A program made the position numbers and the translations under genes. This document shows, piece by piece, positions 46,666 through 55,775 of a stretch of 64,000 nt of DNA; the first letter of the stretch is position 1; each line of letters starts with the position of its first letter. The DNA is taken from the NCBI GenBank assembly GCA_963711565.1, contig CAVQEQ010000004.1, forward strand, positions 212,961-276,960, written 5' to 3'. This DNA comes from an uncultured delta proteobacterium (GTDB lineage Bacteria > Desulfobacterota > Binatia > Binatales > Binataceae). The notes under the pieces were generated by a model, which ran no database searches, had not been told where the DNA came from, and was given only the letters and a program-made list of their open reading frames with translations.

Positions 46666-48183
46666 CTACCCGCCGGTGGGAAGGGGAGATGCTCGCACCG
46701 CACGTTCGAACGCCCAGCCGCGAATGTGGTTGATCTGTTCCTTCATGGTTTGCGCCAGCGGAACCACCTCGCCGGCGGCCTGGAAAAGATCCTGCTCCGT
46801 AACCTCGAGGTCCTTCAGGCGTGCCTTGGTCAGTGCCGATACTACAGCCTGCTCGATCTCGGCGCCGGTCCAGCCCTTCATAAAGGCCGCCAACCGTTCG
46901 AGATTAAACTTGGACGCGTCGATTTCACGGCGGCCCAGGTGAATCTTCAGGATATCGACCCGTTCAGGAACCAGCGGCAGGTCGACGAAGAAAACCTCGT
47001 CGAAGCGTCCTTTGCGAATCATCTCGGCCGGCAGCAGGTCGATTCGGTTTGCGGTGGCGGCGACAAACAGCCCGCGCGCCTTCTCCTGCATCCAGGTCAG
47101 AAAGAAAGCGAAGATACGGCCCTGCTCGCCGCCCGGGTCTCCCGAAGTAATCCCCATCTCGATCTCGTCGAACCAGACCACGGCGGGCGTCATGTCCTCG
47201 AGCGTCTTGCAGGCCTGGACGAATGCGCCCTCGGGCTGCCCATGCCTGCCGGAGAAGACCTCGATCATGTCGATTCGATAGAGCGGCAGCTCGAAGCTCG
47301 AGGCGATAGCTTTGACGCACAGGCTCTTGCCACAGCCCGGGATGCCCATGATGAGCACGCCCTTGGGCACGATGTCGGTGCTCAGGCTCTCGCGCAGCTG
47401 AAATAGTTTGCGCCGTTCGAGCAGCCACTGCTTGAGGCGATCGAGGCCGCCGACCTCCCCGATATTCGTGCCGTCGGCAAAGTATTCGATGACGCCGCCG
47501 CGATTGACCAGCAGGCGCTTCTCCTCGAGCAAGGCGGGCAACGACTCGCGGCCGAGGCTTCGGTTCACTGCAAGAGCGCGGCGTATCGCATGTCGCGCCT
47601 CCTGCAGCGTTACTCCCTGCAGGGCTCGCGCGAGCGTGTGCAAGGTTTCGTCGCCCACCTCGGGCGCCGAGAGTTGCTGAGCCTCGCTCCGCAGAAGCTC
47701 GACCAGTTCGATCAGATCAGGCGGCCGGAGTTCGAGATATAAAATGTCCCGCTCGATTTCCTCGGGAACGAATCGCACCGGCGAGCTGATGACGACGAAC
47801 TTCCGTTGATAGAGACAGCTTTCGTACAGGTCTCGAAGACGGCGCCTGACCTCCGGCGATTCGCGCAACGGCTCGTGAAAGTCCTTGAGATGGAAGATGG
47901 CGGCGTCCGTGTGGGCGGCGATGAAGTCCAGAGCCTCGCGAGGCTCCAGCGTGCCGGCCTGCGCCACGCCGTCATCGCGAAGCAATCCTTGGGTGAGGCT
48001 CCAGGTCCAAACCGGCACCGGTGCGGATTCTTGCAACGTCCGGCCGACCTCGCGCAGCACCCTTGCGATTCGCTGCTCTTCGGCGGATCGGATGTAAATA
48101 AGCGGCCGTCCGGATTGGAAGACCTCGCGCAGCAACTTTACCGTGCGGCTCTCAACCGGCTGAGACTTTATAGAATCATTCAT
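46666..48183 (-). CDS. Stand-alone AAA+ family ATPase (single AAA domain with an N-terminal domain of unknown function)
   Basis: Walker A: GIPGCGKS. Walker B: VVWFDEIE. Sensor/arginine-finger region: ATANRIDLLPAEMIRKGRFD. Confidence 0.8.
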   Translation of the reverse strand: MNDSIKSQPVESRTVKLLREVFQSGRPLIYIRSAEEQRIARVLREVGRTLQESAPVPVWTWSLTQGLLRDDGVAQAGTLEPREALDFIAAHTDAAIFHLKDFHEPLRESPEVRRRLRDLYESCLYQRKFVVISSPVRFVPEEIERDILYLELRPPDLIELVELLRSEAQQLSAPEVGDETLHTLARALQGVTLQEARHAIRRALAVNRSLGRESLPALLEEKRLLVNRGGVIEYFADGTNIGEVGGLDRLKQWLLERRKLFQLRESLSTDIVPKGVLIMGIPGCGKSLCVKAIASSFELPLYRIDMIEVFSGRHGQPEGAFVQACKTLEDMTPAVVWFDEIEMGITSGDPGGEQGRIFAFFLTWMQEKARGLFVAATANRIDLLPAEMIRKGRFDEVFFVDLPLVPERVDILKIHLGRREIDASKFNLERLAAFMKGWTGAEIEQAVVSALTKARLKDLEVTEQDLFQAAGEVVPLAQTMKEQINHIRGWAFERAVRASPLPTGG

Positions 48184-48282
48184 ATGACAATAGCGGAGAG
48201 TGGCGAACCTGCGAGCGACCCTTCGGCAATCCTCAGATTATATATGTAACTCGCGCCGATTACTCCGCGGCCGCCACCTGCG

Positions 48283-48561
48283 TCACGCCGGCGGCGGATG
48301 AGCTGGTGGATGCCCTTCTTGCGGAGGGGCGCCGCCCCAGATCAAAACGTCGGGGCAGAGGTCGGCACCGTTTGGCCATACCACCGTTCCTCCCTCTACT
48401 CGGACTTTCGCGAAGTCCGCCTGCTCCTTTCGGATAGGCTCAAATACTGGGCCGACCAGCAACTGCGACACATCGCGCTCGATGACAGAGCCATCGGTCA
48501 GCGTCAGCCTTAATTTGAAGTCTCCAGGAACTTCCACCTCGCGAATACGCAAAAGCGCCAT
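48283..48561 (-). CDS. DUF2442 family small protein
   Basis: MALLRIREVEVPGDFKLRLTLTDGSVIERDVSQLL...VRVEGGTVVWPNGADLCPDVL matches the DUF2442 pattern. It is flanked by the 18-bp direct repeat tactccgcggccgccacc at 48261-48278 and 48624-48641. Confidence 0.5.
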   Translation of the reverse strand: MALLRIREVEVPGDFKLRLTLTDGSVIERDVSQLLVGPVFEPIRKEQADFAKVRVEGGTVVWPNGADLCPDVLIWGGAPPQEGHPPAHPPPA

Positions 48562-48622
48562 ATACTTCCACCTTAAGCTGAATCGCGCGCTTGAATAATG
48601 TGTCACCAAGTTCGCCTCGCAT

Positions 48623-49516
48623 CTACTCCGCGGCCGCCACCGGGATGAAGCCGATCGTGCCATTCTTGAGTTTGATCTGCAGATAGTCGCCCGCGATGCC
48701 CGTCACGTGGACGTATTTCTTGCGGCGCACCTGGCCGACGGTTGAGCTGGTCGTGTCGGGATTCTGATACACCGGCGAATTTTTGGTCAGCAGGAAAAGC
48801 TTGTTGAGCGGCTTGACCTGCGGCGCTGCCGCTCCGGCTGCCGACGCCGTTGTCGTCGCGGGCGCCTCCGCCGGCAGTGTGGCAGCGGTGGTCGCGACGG
48901 GCGCGGGCAGCAGCTTGACGTTGAGTGCTCGCACCTCGTCGAATTCAGCGTTGGCTTCGGCCGCGCGATCCGGCTCCGTCGCCAGCAGATTCGCCAAGGC
49001 CAGATGGGCCTTCGCGTTTTTGGGACTTAGCCCGATTGCGGTGCGAATTTGATCCTCGGCCTCTGCCGTCTTGCCTTCCTGTCTTAGCACCTCACCTAAA
49101 TCGAGATGGTAGCTGTCGCGGTCCGGCTCGAGCGCGACTGCGGCGCGGTATTGATTCTCCGCGAGTCCGCGCTGGCTCTGATCGTTGTACAGGTTGCCGA
49201 GCGCGACATGGGTCGCCGCGTTTTTGGGATCGATCTCGAGCACCTTCATGAACTCGACTTGCGCGTCGCCCGGCTTGTGCTCGAAGATGTAGAGGTTTCC
49301 GAGCGCAATATGGACTCGCGGGTCGTTCGGCGCGATTTTCACCGCCTGTTGGTAAGCTGTCTCCGCGTCGGCCAGCTTGGTCGCCTGCATATCAGCGTCG
49401 CCCTCGGCCAGAAGATCGTCGGGGGACGTGTGATGGCATCCCGCAACTATCAGGATCATCGCTCCGGCCACGATCATGGCGCCGCTCTGGTTGATTAGGC
49501 TTCGCTTCCCCATCAT
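48623..49516 (-). CDS. Secreted tetratricopeptide-repeat protein
   Basis: A signal peptide is followed by at least six TPR units (AYQQAVKIAPNDPRVHIALGNLY and related). Confidence 0.7.
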   Translation of the reverse strand: MMGKRSLINQSGAMIVAGAMILIVAGCHHTSPDDLLAEGDADMQATKLADAETAYQQAVKIAPNDPRVHIALGNLYIFEHKPGDAQVEFMKVLEIDPKNAATHVALGNLYNDQSQRGLAENQYRAAVALEPDRDSYHLDLGEVLRQEGKTAEAEDQIRTAIGLSPKNAKAHLALANLLATEPDRAAEANAEFDEVRALNVKLLPAPVATTAATLPAEAPATTTASAAGAAAPQVKPLNKLFLLTKNSPVYQNPDTTSSTVGQVRRKKYVHVTGIAGDYLQIKLKNGTIGFIPVAAAE

Positions 49517-49593
49517 CGTTGAGATTCCTCCAGGAAACAGTCCAACTATTCTACCGCGTACTGAGATTCAGCGCCTCTTCCCCAAAACTTCCT

Positions 49594-49697
49594 AACAGGG
49601 ACGAAGTCCCGCATCTTAGTACTGAGTGCAGGGGTCACCCCGGCCCAGGGAAGCGTGAAACACACGGTGGGTTTCACAATAAATCAAGTGATTTCAC
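49594..49697 (+). repeat. Structured intergenic repeat, family 1, copy D
   Basis: acagggacgaagtcccgcatcttagtACTGAGTGCAGGGGTCACCCCGGCCCAGGGAAGCGTGAAACACACGGTGGGTTTCACAATAAATCAAGTGATTTCAC. Confidence 0.8.
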
Positions 49698-49750
49698 TTG
49701 CCGAGATGCCCTTTGGATTGCTCGCGCTCGTTGGGCTATAAAGAAACGCC

Positions 49751-50395
49751 GTGCGCTTTATCCTGATTGCCGCCAAGCAGCTCGAATTTGCCAAGACCCG
49801 GCTCGCGCCGCTCCTGCCTCCCGGCGAGCGCCGCGCTCTGGCCGAGGCGATGTTTCGCGACGTGCTGGCCGCCGCGCTCGGCGCCACCGCTCCAGACCAC
49901 GTCGCCGTAGTGACTTCCGACGCCGGGATGCTTGCGATGGCGCGCTCGGCCGGCGCTCTGCTGATCGACGAGGAATTTCCACGCGGCCTCAACGTTGCCG
50001 TCGCGCTCGGCACCTCCGCCTTGATTGCCCAGGGCGCGCAGACCGTCTGCACCCTGCTGTCCGACATCCCGCTCGTTGTCGCCGAAGATATCGACGCGGT
50101 CTTTGCCGCGATGCCCGCCGGACGCGGCGCGGTGCTGGTTCCCTCGCGCGACTTCTCCGGCACCAACATTATATGCCGCTCACCCGCCGACGCCGTGCCA
50201 ACTCGCTTCGGCCGCATGAGCCTGGTGCGCCATCTGGACGATTGCCGCACTGCCGACGTTCCAGCTAGAGTGCTGCGACTTACGCGGCCCGCGCTGGATC
50301 TCGACGTGATCGCCGATCTCGCCGAGTTCGAGCGTGCAGCGTCCGGCACCCATACTCAAAACCAGTTGGCCCGGCTCGGGATTGCTCACCACTAA
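49751..50395 (+). CDS. cofC: 2-phospho-L-lactate / PEP guanylyltransferase (CofC/FbiD-like, F420 biosynthesis)
   Basis: MRFILIAAKQLEFAKTRL...DVLAAAL...VAVVTSD...GLNVAV...LSDIPLV...AVLVPSRDFSGTNI follows the CofC pattern. It is consistent with the LLM F420 oxidoreductase in this window. Confidence 0.55.
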   Translation: MRFILIAAKQLEFAKTRLAPLLPPGERRALAEAMFRDVLAAALGATAPDHVAVVTSDAGMLAMARSAGALLIDEEFPRGLNVAVALGTSALIAQGAQTVCTLLSDIPLVVAEDIDAVFAAMPAGRGAVLVPSRDFSGTNIICRSPADAVPTRFGRMSLVRHLDDCRTADVPARVLRLTRPALDLDVIADLAEFERAASGTHTQNQLARLGIAHH

Positions 50396-50398
50396 AAA

Positions 50399-51190
50399 TT
50401 GAAAAACGGACTGATGTCGATCGTTGGAATGATTGAGCGGCTCGGCGCGCTTGTGCTCGACGGCATCGTCCGCCTCGGCGCGTTCGTGCTCTTTCTGCTC
50501 AACGCGGTGTTCTACGTGTTCCTGCCGCCCTTCAAGCCGCGCCTGTGGATCAGGCAGATACGGATCATCGGTGCCGATTCGCTTTTTCTGATCATCTTGA
50601 TCGGCGGATTCACCGGCATGGTGCTCGGCCTGCAGGGCTACAACACGCTGCGCCGCTTCGGCTCGGACGGCGCGCTCGGCACGGTCGTCGCCCTCGTGCT
50701 GGTGCGCGAGCTTGGTCCCGTGCTGGCCGCCATCATGATCACGGCGCGCGCCGGTTCCGCGATGGCCGCCGAGCTCGGCTCGATGCAGTCCACGGAACAA
50801 ATCGACGCGCTCACCGTCATGGCCATCAACCCCGTGCAGTACCTGGTCTCGCCGCGGATGCTGGCGGGGGTGATCAGTTTCCCGCTGCTGACCTCGATCT
50901 TCGACGTGGTCGGAATCTTCGGTGGTTACATGGTCGGCGTCGGCCTGATGGGCGCGCCGTCGGGGGCCTACTTCAACGGTATCGCCGCCAACATGAGCGG
51001 CCACGACATCATGACCGGCCTCTACAAAGCGCTGCTGTTCGGCGTGATCGTAATGTGGGTCTGTTGCTACAAGGGATATCACGCCGAGCGGATGGCGACC
51101 GGGGTCAGCCGCGCCACCACTGAAGCGGTCGTACTGTCGAGCGTGCTGATTCTTGCTTTCGACTATTTTCTCACGTCGATACTTTTGTGA
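50399..51190 (+). CDS. mlaE: Phospholipid ABC transporter permease MlaE
   Basis: A 263-aa ORF of the MlaE/YrbE family (multiple TM segments; ...LVRELGPVLAAIMITARAGSAMAAELGSM...). Confidence 0.85.
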   Translation: MKNGLMSIVGMIERLGALVLDGIVRLGAFVLFLLNAVFYVFLPPFKPRLWIRQIRIIGADSLFLIILIGGFTGMVLGLQGYNTLRRFGSDGALGTVVALVLVRELGPVLAAIMITARAGSAMAAELGSMQSTEQIDALTVMAINPVQYLVSPRMLAGVISFPLLTSIFDVVGIFGGYMVGVGLMGAPSGAYFNGIAANMSGHDIMTGLYKALLFGVIVMWVCCYKGYHAERMATGVSRATTEAVVLSSVLILAFDYFLTSILL

Positions 51191-51219
51191 TAACGCGTAT
51201 CGATTCGATTTGATGAATC

Positions 51220-52014
51220 ATGAGCCAACCTGAGACCAACCATACTGACGGCAACGCGATCGAAGTGCGCGATCTTCGCCGCCGCTTCGGCCACCAGCAG
51301 GTGCTCGAAGGCGTCACCCTCGATTTTCCCGCCGGCAAGATTACGACCATCGTCGGCCCCAGCGGCTCCGGCAAGACCGTCCTGCTCAAGCATCTTAACC
51401 TGCTGCTGCGGCCCGATTCCGGCACAATCGTGTTCGACGGCATCGACGTAACGAAGCTGGGCTCGACCGGCCTGGACGCGGTGCGCGAGAAGTTCGGGAT
51501 GCTCTTTCAGGCCGGCGCGCTGTTCGACTCGATGTCGGTATTCGACAACGTCTCGTTCCCGCTGGTCGAGAAAACAAAACTCTCACGCGTCGAGATCGCC
51601 GAGCGCGTGCATGAAACGCTCAAGGCGGTCGGGCTCGAAGGCATGGAAGCCAAGTTCCCGTCCGAAATGAGTGGCGGGATGCAGAAACGCGCGGCTCTCG
51701 CGCGCGCATTGGTGCGCCGTCCGAAGATTCTCATGCTCGACGAGCCGACCACCGGCCTCGATCCCTCGCGGACCGGCGCGATTCACGACCTCATCCGCCG
51801 CACGCAGGAGAATTTTCATCTGACCGCTGTCATGGTCAGTCACGACGTGCCCGCCGTCTTCCAGGTTTCCGACCGGGTCGCGTTTCTCCATAATGGCCGC
51901 ACTCATCTCAATGGCACCGTGGCTGAGGTGATGGCGTCCGGCGACAACGTCTTCAAGCGCTTTCTGGCTGGCAAAGCATCCGGCGAGGAGAATGAATTAG
52001 CCTCCGCGGGCTGA
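51220..52014 (+). CDS. mlaF: Phospholipid ABC transporter ATP-binding protein MlaF
   Basis: Walker A: GPSGSGKT. ABC signature: LSGGMQKRAALARAL. Walker B: ILMLDEPTTGLD. Confidence 0.9.
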   Translation: MSQPETNHTDGNAIEVRDLRRRFGHQQVLEGVTLDFPAGKITTIVGPSGSGKTVLLKHLNLLLRPDSGTIVFDGIDVTKLGSTGLDAVREKFGMLFQAGALFDSMSVFDNVSFPLVEKTKLSRVEIAERVHETLKAVGLEGMEAKFPSEMSGGMQKRAALARALVRRPKILMLDEPTTGLDPSRTGAIHDLIRRTQENFHLTAVMVSHDVPAVFQVSDRVAFLHNGRTHLNGTVAEVMASGDNVFKRFLAGKASGEENELASAG

Positions 52015-52025
52015 AACGAACACTT

Positions 52026-52535
52026 ATGTACGCAAGTCGAACCACGCAGTTTATCGTCGGGATCTTCGCCATTCTCGGGATTGCCGCGCTCGCGGTTTTG
52101 TCTCTGTCGCTGGGCAAGATCTCAATCTTCCCCGCGCCCGGCTACACCCTCTACGCAAGTTTCGATAATATTTCAGGCTTGAAGACCGGTGATCAGGTTC
52201 AGCTCGACGGCGTGCAGATCGGCAAAGTGGTGCATATAGGTCTCAAGGACATGCGCGCGCGGGTTGCCCTGCGGGTGGACCAGGGCGTGCAGATCGACAC
52301 GGACGCGATCGCTTCCGTCAAGACCAGCGGAATAATCGGCGACAAGTACATCTCCATCGCGCTCGGCCCCAGCGAACACATCCTCGGCAACGGTGATACG
52401 ATTCGGCAAACCCAGTCGGCATTCGTGCTCGAGGACGCCATCGGCCAGCTAATCAACAATTCCGGCAGTAGCGGAGACAAGGATAAATCCTCAGATTCAG
52501 ACAAGGACCAGAAGCCCGCAAAATCGGAGAAGTAA
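52026..52535 (+). CDS. mlaD: MCE-domain protein MlaD
   Basis: An N-terminal TM anchor is followed by an MCE domain (GLKTGDQVQLDGVQIGKV...). Confidence 0.8.
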   Translation: MYASRTTQFIVGIFAILGIAALAVLSLSLGKISIFPAPGYTLYASFDNISGLKTGDQVQLDGVQIGKVVHIGLKDMRARVALRVDQGVQIDTDAIASVKTSGIIGDKYISIALGPSEHILGNGDTIRQTQSAFVLEDAIGQLINNSGSSGDKDKSSDSDKDQKPAKSEK

Positions 52536-52541
52536 CCGCGA

Positions 52542-53210
52542 ATGAAACTTATGATGACGCCACGTTCCATCCCTCGAATTCCGCAACGACGCTCGCTCGC
52601 GATACTCACGTTGACCGCCGCGCTGCTCGTCAGCCTCGCCCCGTCCCGCTTCATCGCACCCGCGTGGGCCGACGATCCAATGAGCGTCGTGCAGGGCACC
52701 GTCAATGAGGCCCTCGCCGTGCTCCGCGACACTCAAACGCCGCTGGCCCAGCGCCAGGACAAGCTCCGGCAGATCGTCTCCGGCACCTTCGATTTCACCG
52801 AGATGGCCAAGTCGGCACTCGGCTATCATTGGAAGCAGATCACCCCCGCTCAGCAGCAGGAGTTCACCGCCGCTTTCGTCGCCTTCATCGAGGATTCCTA
52901 CCTGAGCAAAATTAACGAGTACAACGGCCAGCAGGTGAACTTCCTGCGAGCCACCAACGACGGCGCGCAATATTCCGAGGTCAATACCGACATCACGCAG
53001 CCCAAGGGCGAACCGATCCACGTGAACTACCGCCTGCTGCAGGAGGGCGGCACCTGGAAGATCTACAACGTCACCGTTGACGCCATCAGTATCATCGCGA
53101 ACTACCGCAACCAGTTTAATCGCGTCATGAACAACAGCGGCTACGAGACTCTTATCAGTGATTTGAAGAGTAAGCAGGCCGCCCTTGCCGCAAGTCTGGC
53201 GAATCACTAA
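52542..53210 (+). CDS. mlaC: Phospholipid-binding periplasmic protein MlaC (Ttg2D)
   Basis: A signal peptide is present. The family call rests on the position after mlaD and on Tgt2/MlaC-like length and composition. Confidence 0.7.
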   Translation: MKLMMTPRSIPRIPQRRSLAILTLTAALLVSLAPSRFIAPAWADDPMSVVQGTVNEALAVLRDTQTPLAQRQDKLRQIVSGTFDFTEMAKSALGYHWKQITPAQQQEFTAAFVAFIEDSYLSKINEYNGQQVNFLRATNDGAQYSEVNTDITQPKGEPIHVNYRLLQEGGTWKIYNVTVDAISIIANYRNQFNRVMNNSGYETLISDLKSKQAALAASLANH

Positions 53211-53275
53211 CAGGTATGGATTCCTCGCGGACGGACAGCTACCCTTCTACCGAAGATTCTAGAGGCGACCACGCC

Positions 53276-54064
53276 ATGGAGAGGCAAATGAGATCTGGTT
53301 CGAAACAAATCGAAAGGACAGGCGCGCGCTGGATGATGCTCGCATCGTCTCTGCTTGCGGTCATTTCGTTTGCTACCCCGGCGTTGAGCCAGGCCGGCAA
53401 TCCGCAGACCCCTCCGGGCGAAAACCAGGCCGTCACCGCCGATCCCTTGTCGGGATTCAACGAGCCGATGTTCACCTTCAACCTCAAGCTCGACGACTGG
53501 GTGCTACGCCCCGTCGCCAGCGGCTACTCGTTCATCGCGCCGCAGCCCGTGCGCGAAGGCGTCGGCCGATTCTTTGACAACGCCCGCGTCATCCCGCGTT
53601 TCGCCAACAACCTGTTCCAGCTCAAGCTGGCCGAGGCCGGCACTGAAGTCGCGCGCTTCGGCATCAACACGACGATTGGGTTGGCGGGCTTTTTCGATCC
53701 GGCCGATGAGTTGTTCGGACTCGAAGAGCATCCCAACGATTTCGGCCTCACCATTCGCTATTACAACATCCCCACAGGTCCGTACCTGATGCTGCCGTTC
53801 TTCGGACCTTCGACGATTGGCGACACTGTCGGCCTGGTGGCGGACGGTGCGATGGACCCGATCAGCTACTTCGTTCCGTGGTGGGTATCGATCACAGTCG
53901 CTACCGGCCAGCGCGCGGTTGAAGCCGTAAACTATCGCTCGCTCCACATGAACCAGTTCGAGGAAGCCGACCGCTACGCGATCGATCTCTATGGCGCCGT
54001 GCAGGACGCGTACCTGCAAACGCGCGACCACGAGGTCAAGAAGCTCCACGAGGAAGAGTGGTAA
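53276..54064 (+). CDS. mlaA: VacJ-like outer-membrane lipoprotein MlaA
   Basis: GFNEPMFTFNLKLDDWVLRPVA...FFDNARVIPRFANNLFQ is the MlaA/VacJ signature. The start is at the internal Met at 53276, giving a signal peptide. Confidence 0.75.
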   Translation: MERQMRSGSKQIERTGARWMMLASSLLAVISFATPALSQAGNPQTPPGENQAVTADPLSGFNEPMFTFNLKLDDWVLRPVASGYSFIAPQPVREGVGRFFDNARVIPRFANNLFQLKLAEAGTEVARFGINTTIGLAGFFDPADELFGLEEHPNDFGLTIRYYNIPTGPYLMLPFFGPSTIGDTVGLVADGAMDPISYFVPWWVSITVATGQRAVEAVNYRSLHMNQFEEADRYAIDLYGAVQDAYLQTRDHEVKKLHEEEW

Positions 54065-54098
54065 GCCGAACGTAGTACCAGTGTAATTTGCCGACCAA

Positions 54099-54140
54099 GC
54101 GCGCCGCGGAACCAAAATTCCGCGGCGCGTTTCTTTTTCT
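54099..54140 (+). terminator. Rho-independent terminator of the mla operon
   Basis: CGCGCCGCGGAAccaaaaTTCCGCGGCGCG is followed by TTTCTTTTTCT. Confidence 0.7.
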
Positions 54141-54142
54141 GA

Positions 54143-54220
54143 ACACTGGGTGCAGGGGTCACCCCTGCCGAAGGAAGCGTGAAACCCACCGCGGGTTTCA
54201 CATTCAATCAAGTGATTTCA
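54143..54220 (+). repeat. Structured intergenic repeat, family 1, copy E
   Basis: ACACTGGGTGCAGGGGTCACCCCTGCCGAAGGAAGCGTGAAACCCACCGCGGGTTTCACATTCAATCAAGTGATTTCAC. Confidence 0.8.
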
Positions 54221-55081
54221 CTGCACATGCTCCCACGCATGATACGAACTCCTCACCAGCGGCCCCGATTCCACATGATGGAACCCCATCGCGAGCGCGA
54301 CCGTCTTGATCTCCGCGAACTCCGCCGGCGGCACGTATCGCGCCACTGGAATATGCTCCGCTGACGGCCGCAGATACTGCCCGAGAGTCAGGATGTCACA
54401 CTCGACAGTGCGCAAATCGCGGATCACGTCGAGGATTTCGGCGTTGGTCTCGCCCAGCCCAAGCATCACGCCTGCCTTGGTGAACATCGGCTTGCCGATC
54501 TCGCGCGCAACGTCCTTCGCATGACGGATCACGTCGAGCGAGCGCTGGTAGTTTCCGCCCGGCCGCACCGCGCGATAAAGACTCGGCACCGTTTCTATAT
54601 TGTGGTTGTAAATGTCGATTGGCGATTCCACCACCGTCCTGACGCTGGCGAACGCTCCCTGAAAATCCGGCACCAGCACCTCGACCCGCGCCGGCGACGG
54701 ATTCGCTTTGATCGCATGCGCCGTGGCCGCGAAATGCGCCGCGCCGCCGTCCGGCAAATCGTCGCGATCGACAGACGTGACGACTACATGCTGCAATCCC
54801 AGCCGCGCTACCGCCTCCGCGATCCGGCGCGGCTCGTCGGCATCCAGCGGCCGCACCTTGCCGTGCGCGACCGCGCAGTACGGGCAATTGCGCGTGCACA
54901 CGTCGCCCATCAGCATGAAAGTGGCCGTGCGATGAGAAAAGCATTCGCCGATATTCGGGCAGCACGCCTCCTGGCAAACCGAATGCAGTTTCAGCTCGCC
55001 GAGGATCGCCTTGGTGCGAAAGTATTCGGGCGACACCGGCGCACGCACCTTAATCCAATCAGGATGCTTCCGTTCAGCCAT
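54218..55081 (-). CDS. lipA: Lipoyl synthase
   Basis: CQEACCPNIGEC is the auxiliary cluster. CTRNCPYC is the radical-SAM CxxxCxxC motif. Confidence 0.9.
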   Translation of the reverse strand: MAERKHPDWIKVRAPVSPEYFRTKAILGELKLHSVCQEACCPNIGECFSHRTATFMLMGDVCTRNCPYCAVAHGKVRPLDADEPRRIAEAVARLGLQHVVVTSVDRDDLPDGGAAHFAATAHAIKANPSPARVEVLVPDFQGAFASVRTVVESPIDIYNHNIETVPSLYRAVRPGGNYQRSLDVIRHAKDVAREIGKPMFTKAGVMLGLGETNAEILDVIRDLRTVECDILTLGQYLRPSAEHIPVARYVPPAEFAEIKTVALAMGFHHVESGPLVRSSYHAWEHVQ

Positions 55082-55760
55082 CGCTTGCCATCAACTCAGG
55101 CGTCGAAGCGCCGGCTAAAATTATCTCATCGTAGTTGAACACGCGCGCGAAACTCTCGCGCATCGTTTCGGCAAACTCGCGCACCGACACCGCGCGATTC
55201 GTGATTTCGCACACCAACGTCATCCGGCATCCCTCGATCCCGCACGGCACGATCGAATCGAAGTAGCTGAGGTCGGTGGATACGTTCAGCGCGAACCCAT
55301 GCCACGTCGTCCAGCGCCGAATCCCGATGCCGATCGACGCGATCTTCCGCCCGCCGACCCACACGCCAGTCATCTTCTCGCGCCGCCCCGCGTCGATTCC
55401 AAATTTTGCGAGCGCGTCGATCATCGCCGTCTCGAGACACCGCAGATACTTCGTAACGTCGCGGTCGCGCCCTTCAAGCTTGAGAATCGGATAACCGATC
55501 AGTTGCCCGGGCCCGTGATACGTCACCTGCCCGCCGCGCGACACGCGCCGAACCGGCACAGTTTTCGTGTTACTAACTATGAAGCCCTCATCCGCCCCGC
55601 GCCCAAGTGTAAACACATGTGGATGCTCCATCATCAGCATCGTATCGCCGACCCTCCCGTCGATCCGCGCCGCAAGCATCTCGCTCTGCATCGCGAGCGC
55701 CGCGTCATAATCCAAGACGCCCAAATTCGCTACGGTAAGTGCGCCGCGCGCATCCAACTG
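55074..55760 (-). CDS. lipB: Octanoyltransferase LipB; the track ORF extends to 55838 but the true start is probably near 55760
   Basis: EHPHVFTLGRGA...RGGQVTYHGPGQL...HGFALNV are LipB motifs. The first ~25 codons of the track ORF are encoded by the family-2 repeat and are unlikely to be real. Confidence 0.8.
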   Translation of the reverse strand, partial: QLDARGALTVANLGVLDYDAALAMQSEMLAARIDGRVGDTMLMMEHPHVFTLGRGADEGFIVSNTKTVPVRRVSRGGQVTYHGPGQLIGYPILKLEGRDRDVTKYLRCLETAMIDALAKFGIDAGRREKMTGVWVGGRKIASIGIGIRRWTTWHGFALNVSTDLSYFDSIVPCGIEGCRMTLVCEITNRAVSVREFAETMRESFARVFNYDEIILAGASTPELMASDG

Positions 55761-55775
55761 ACTCTCGCGATTGTT

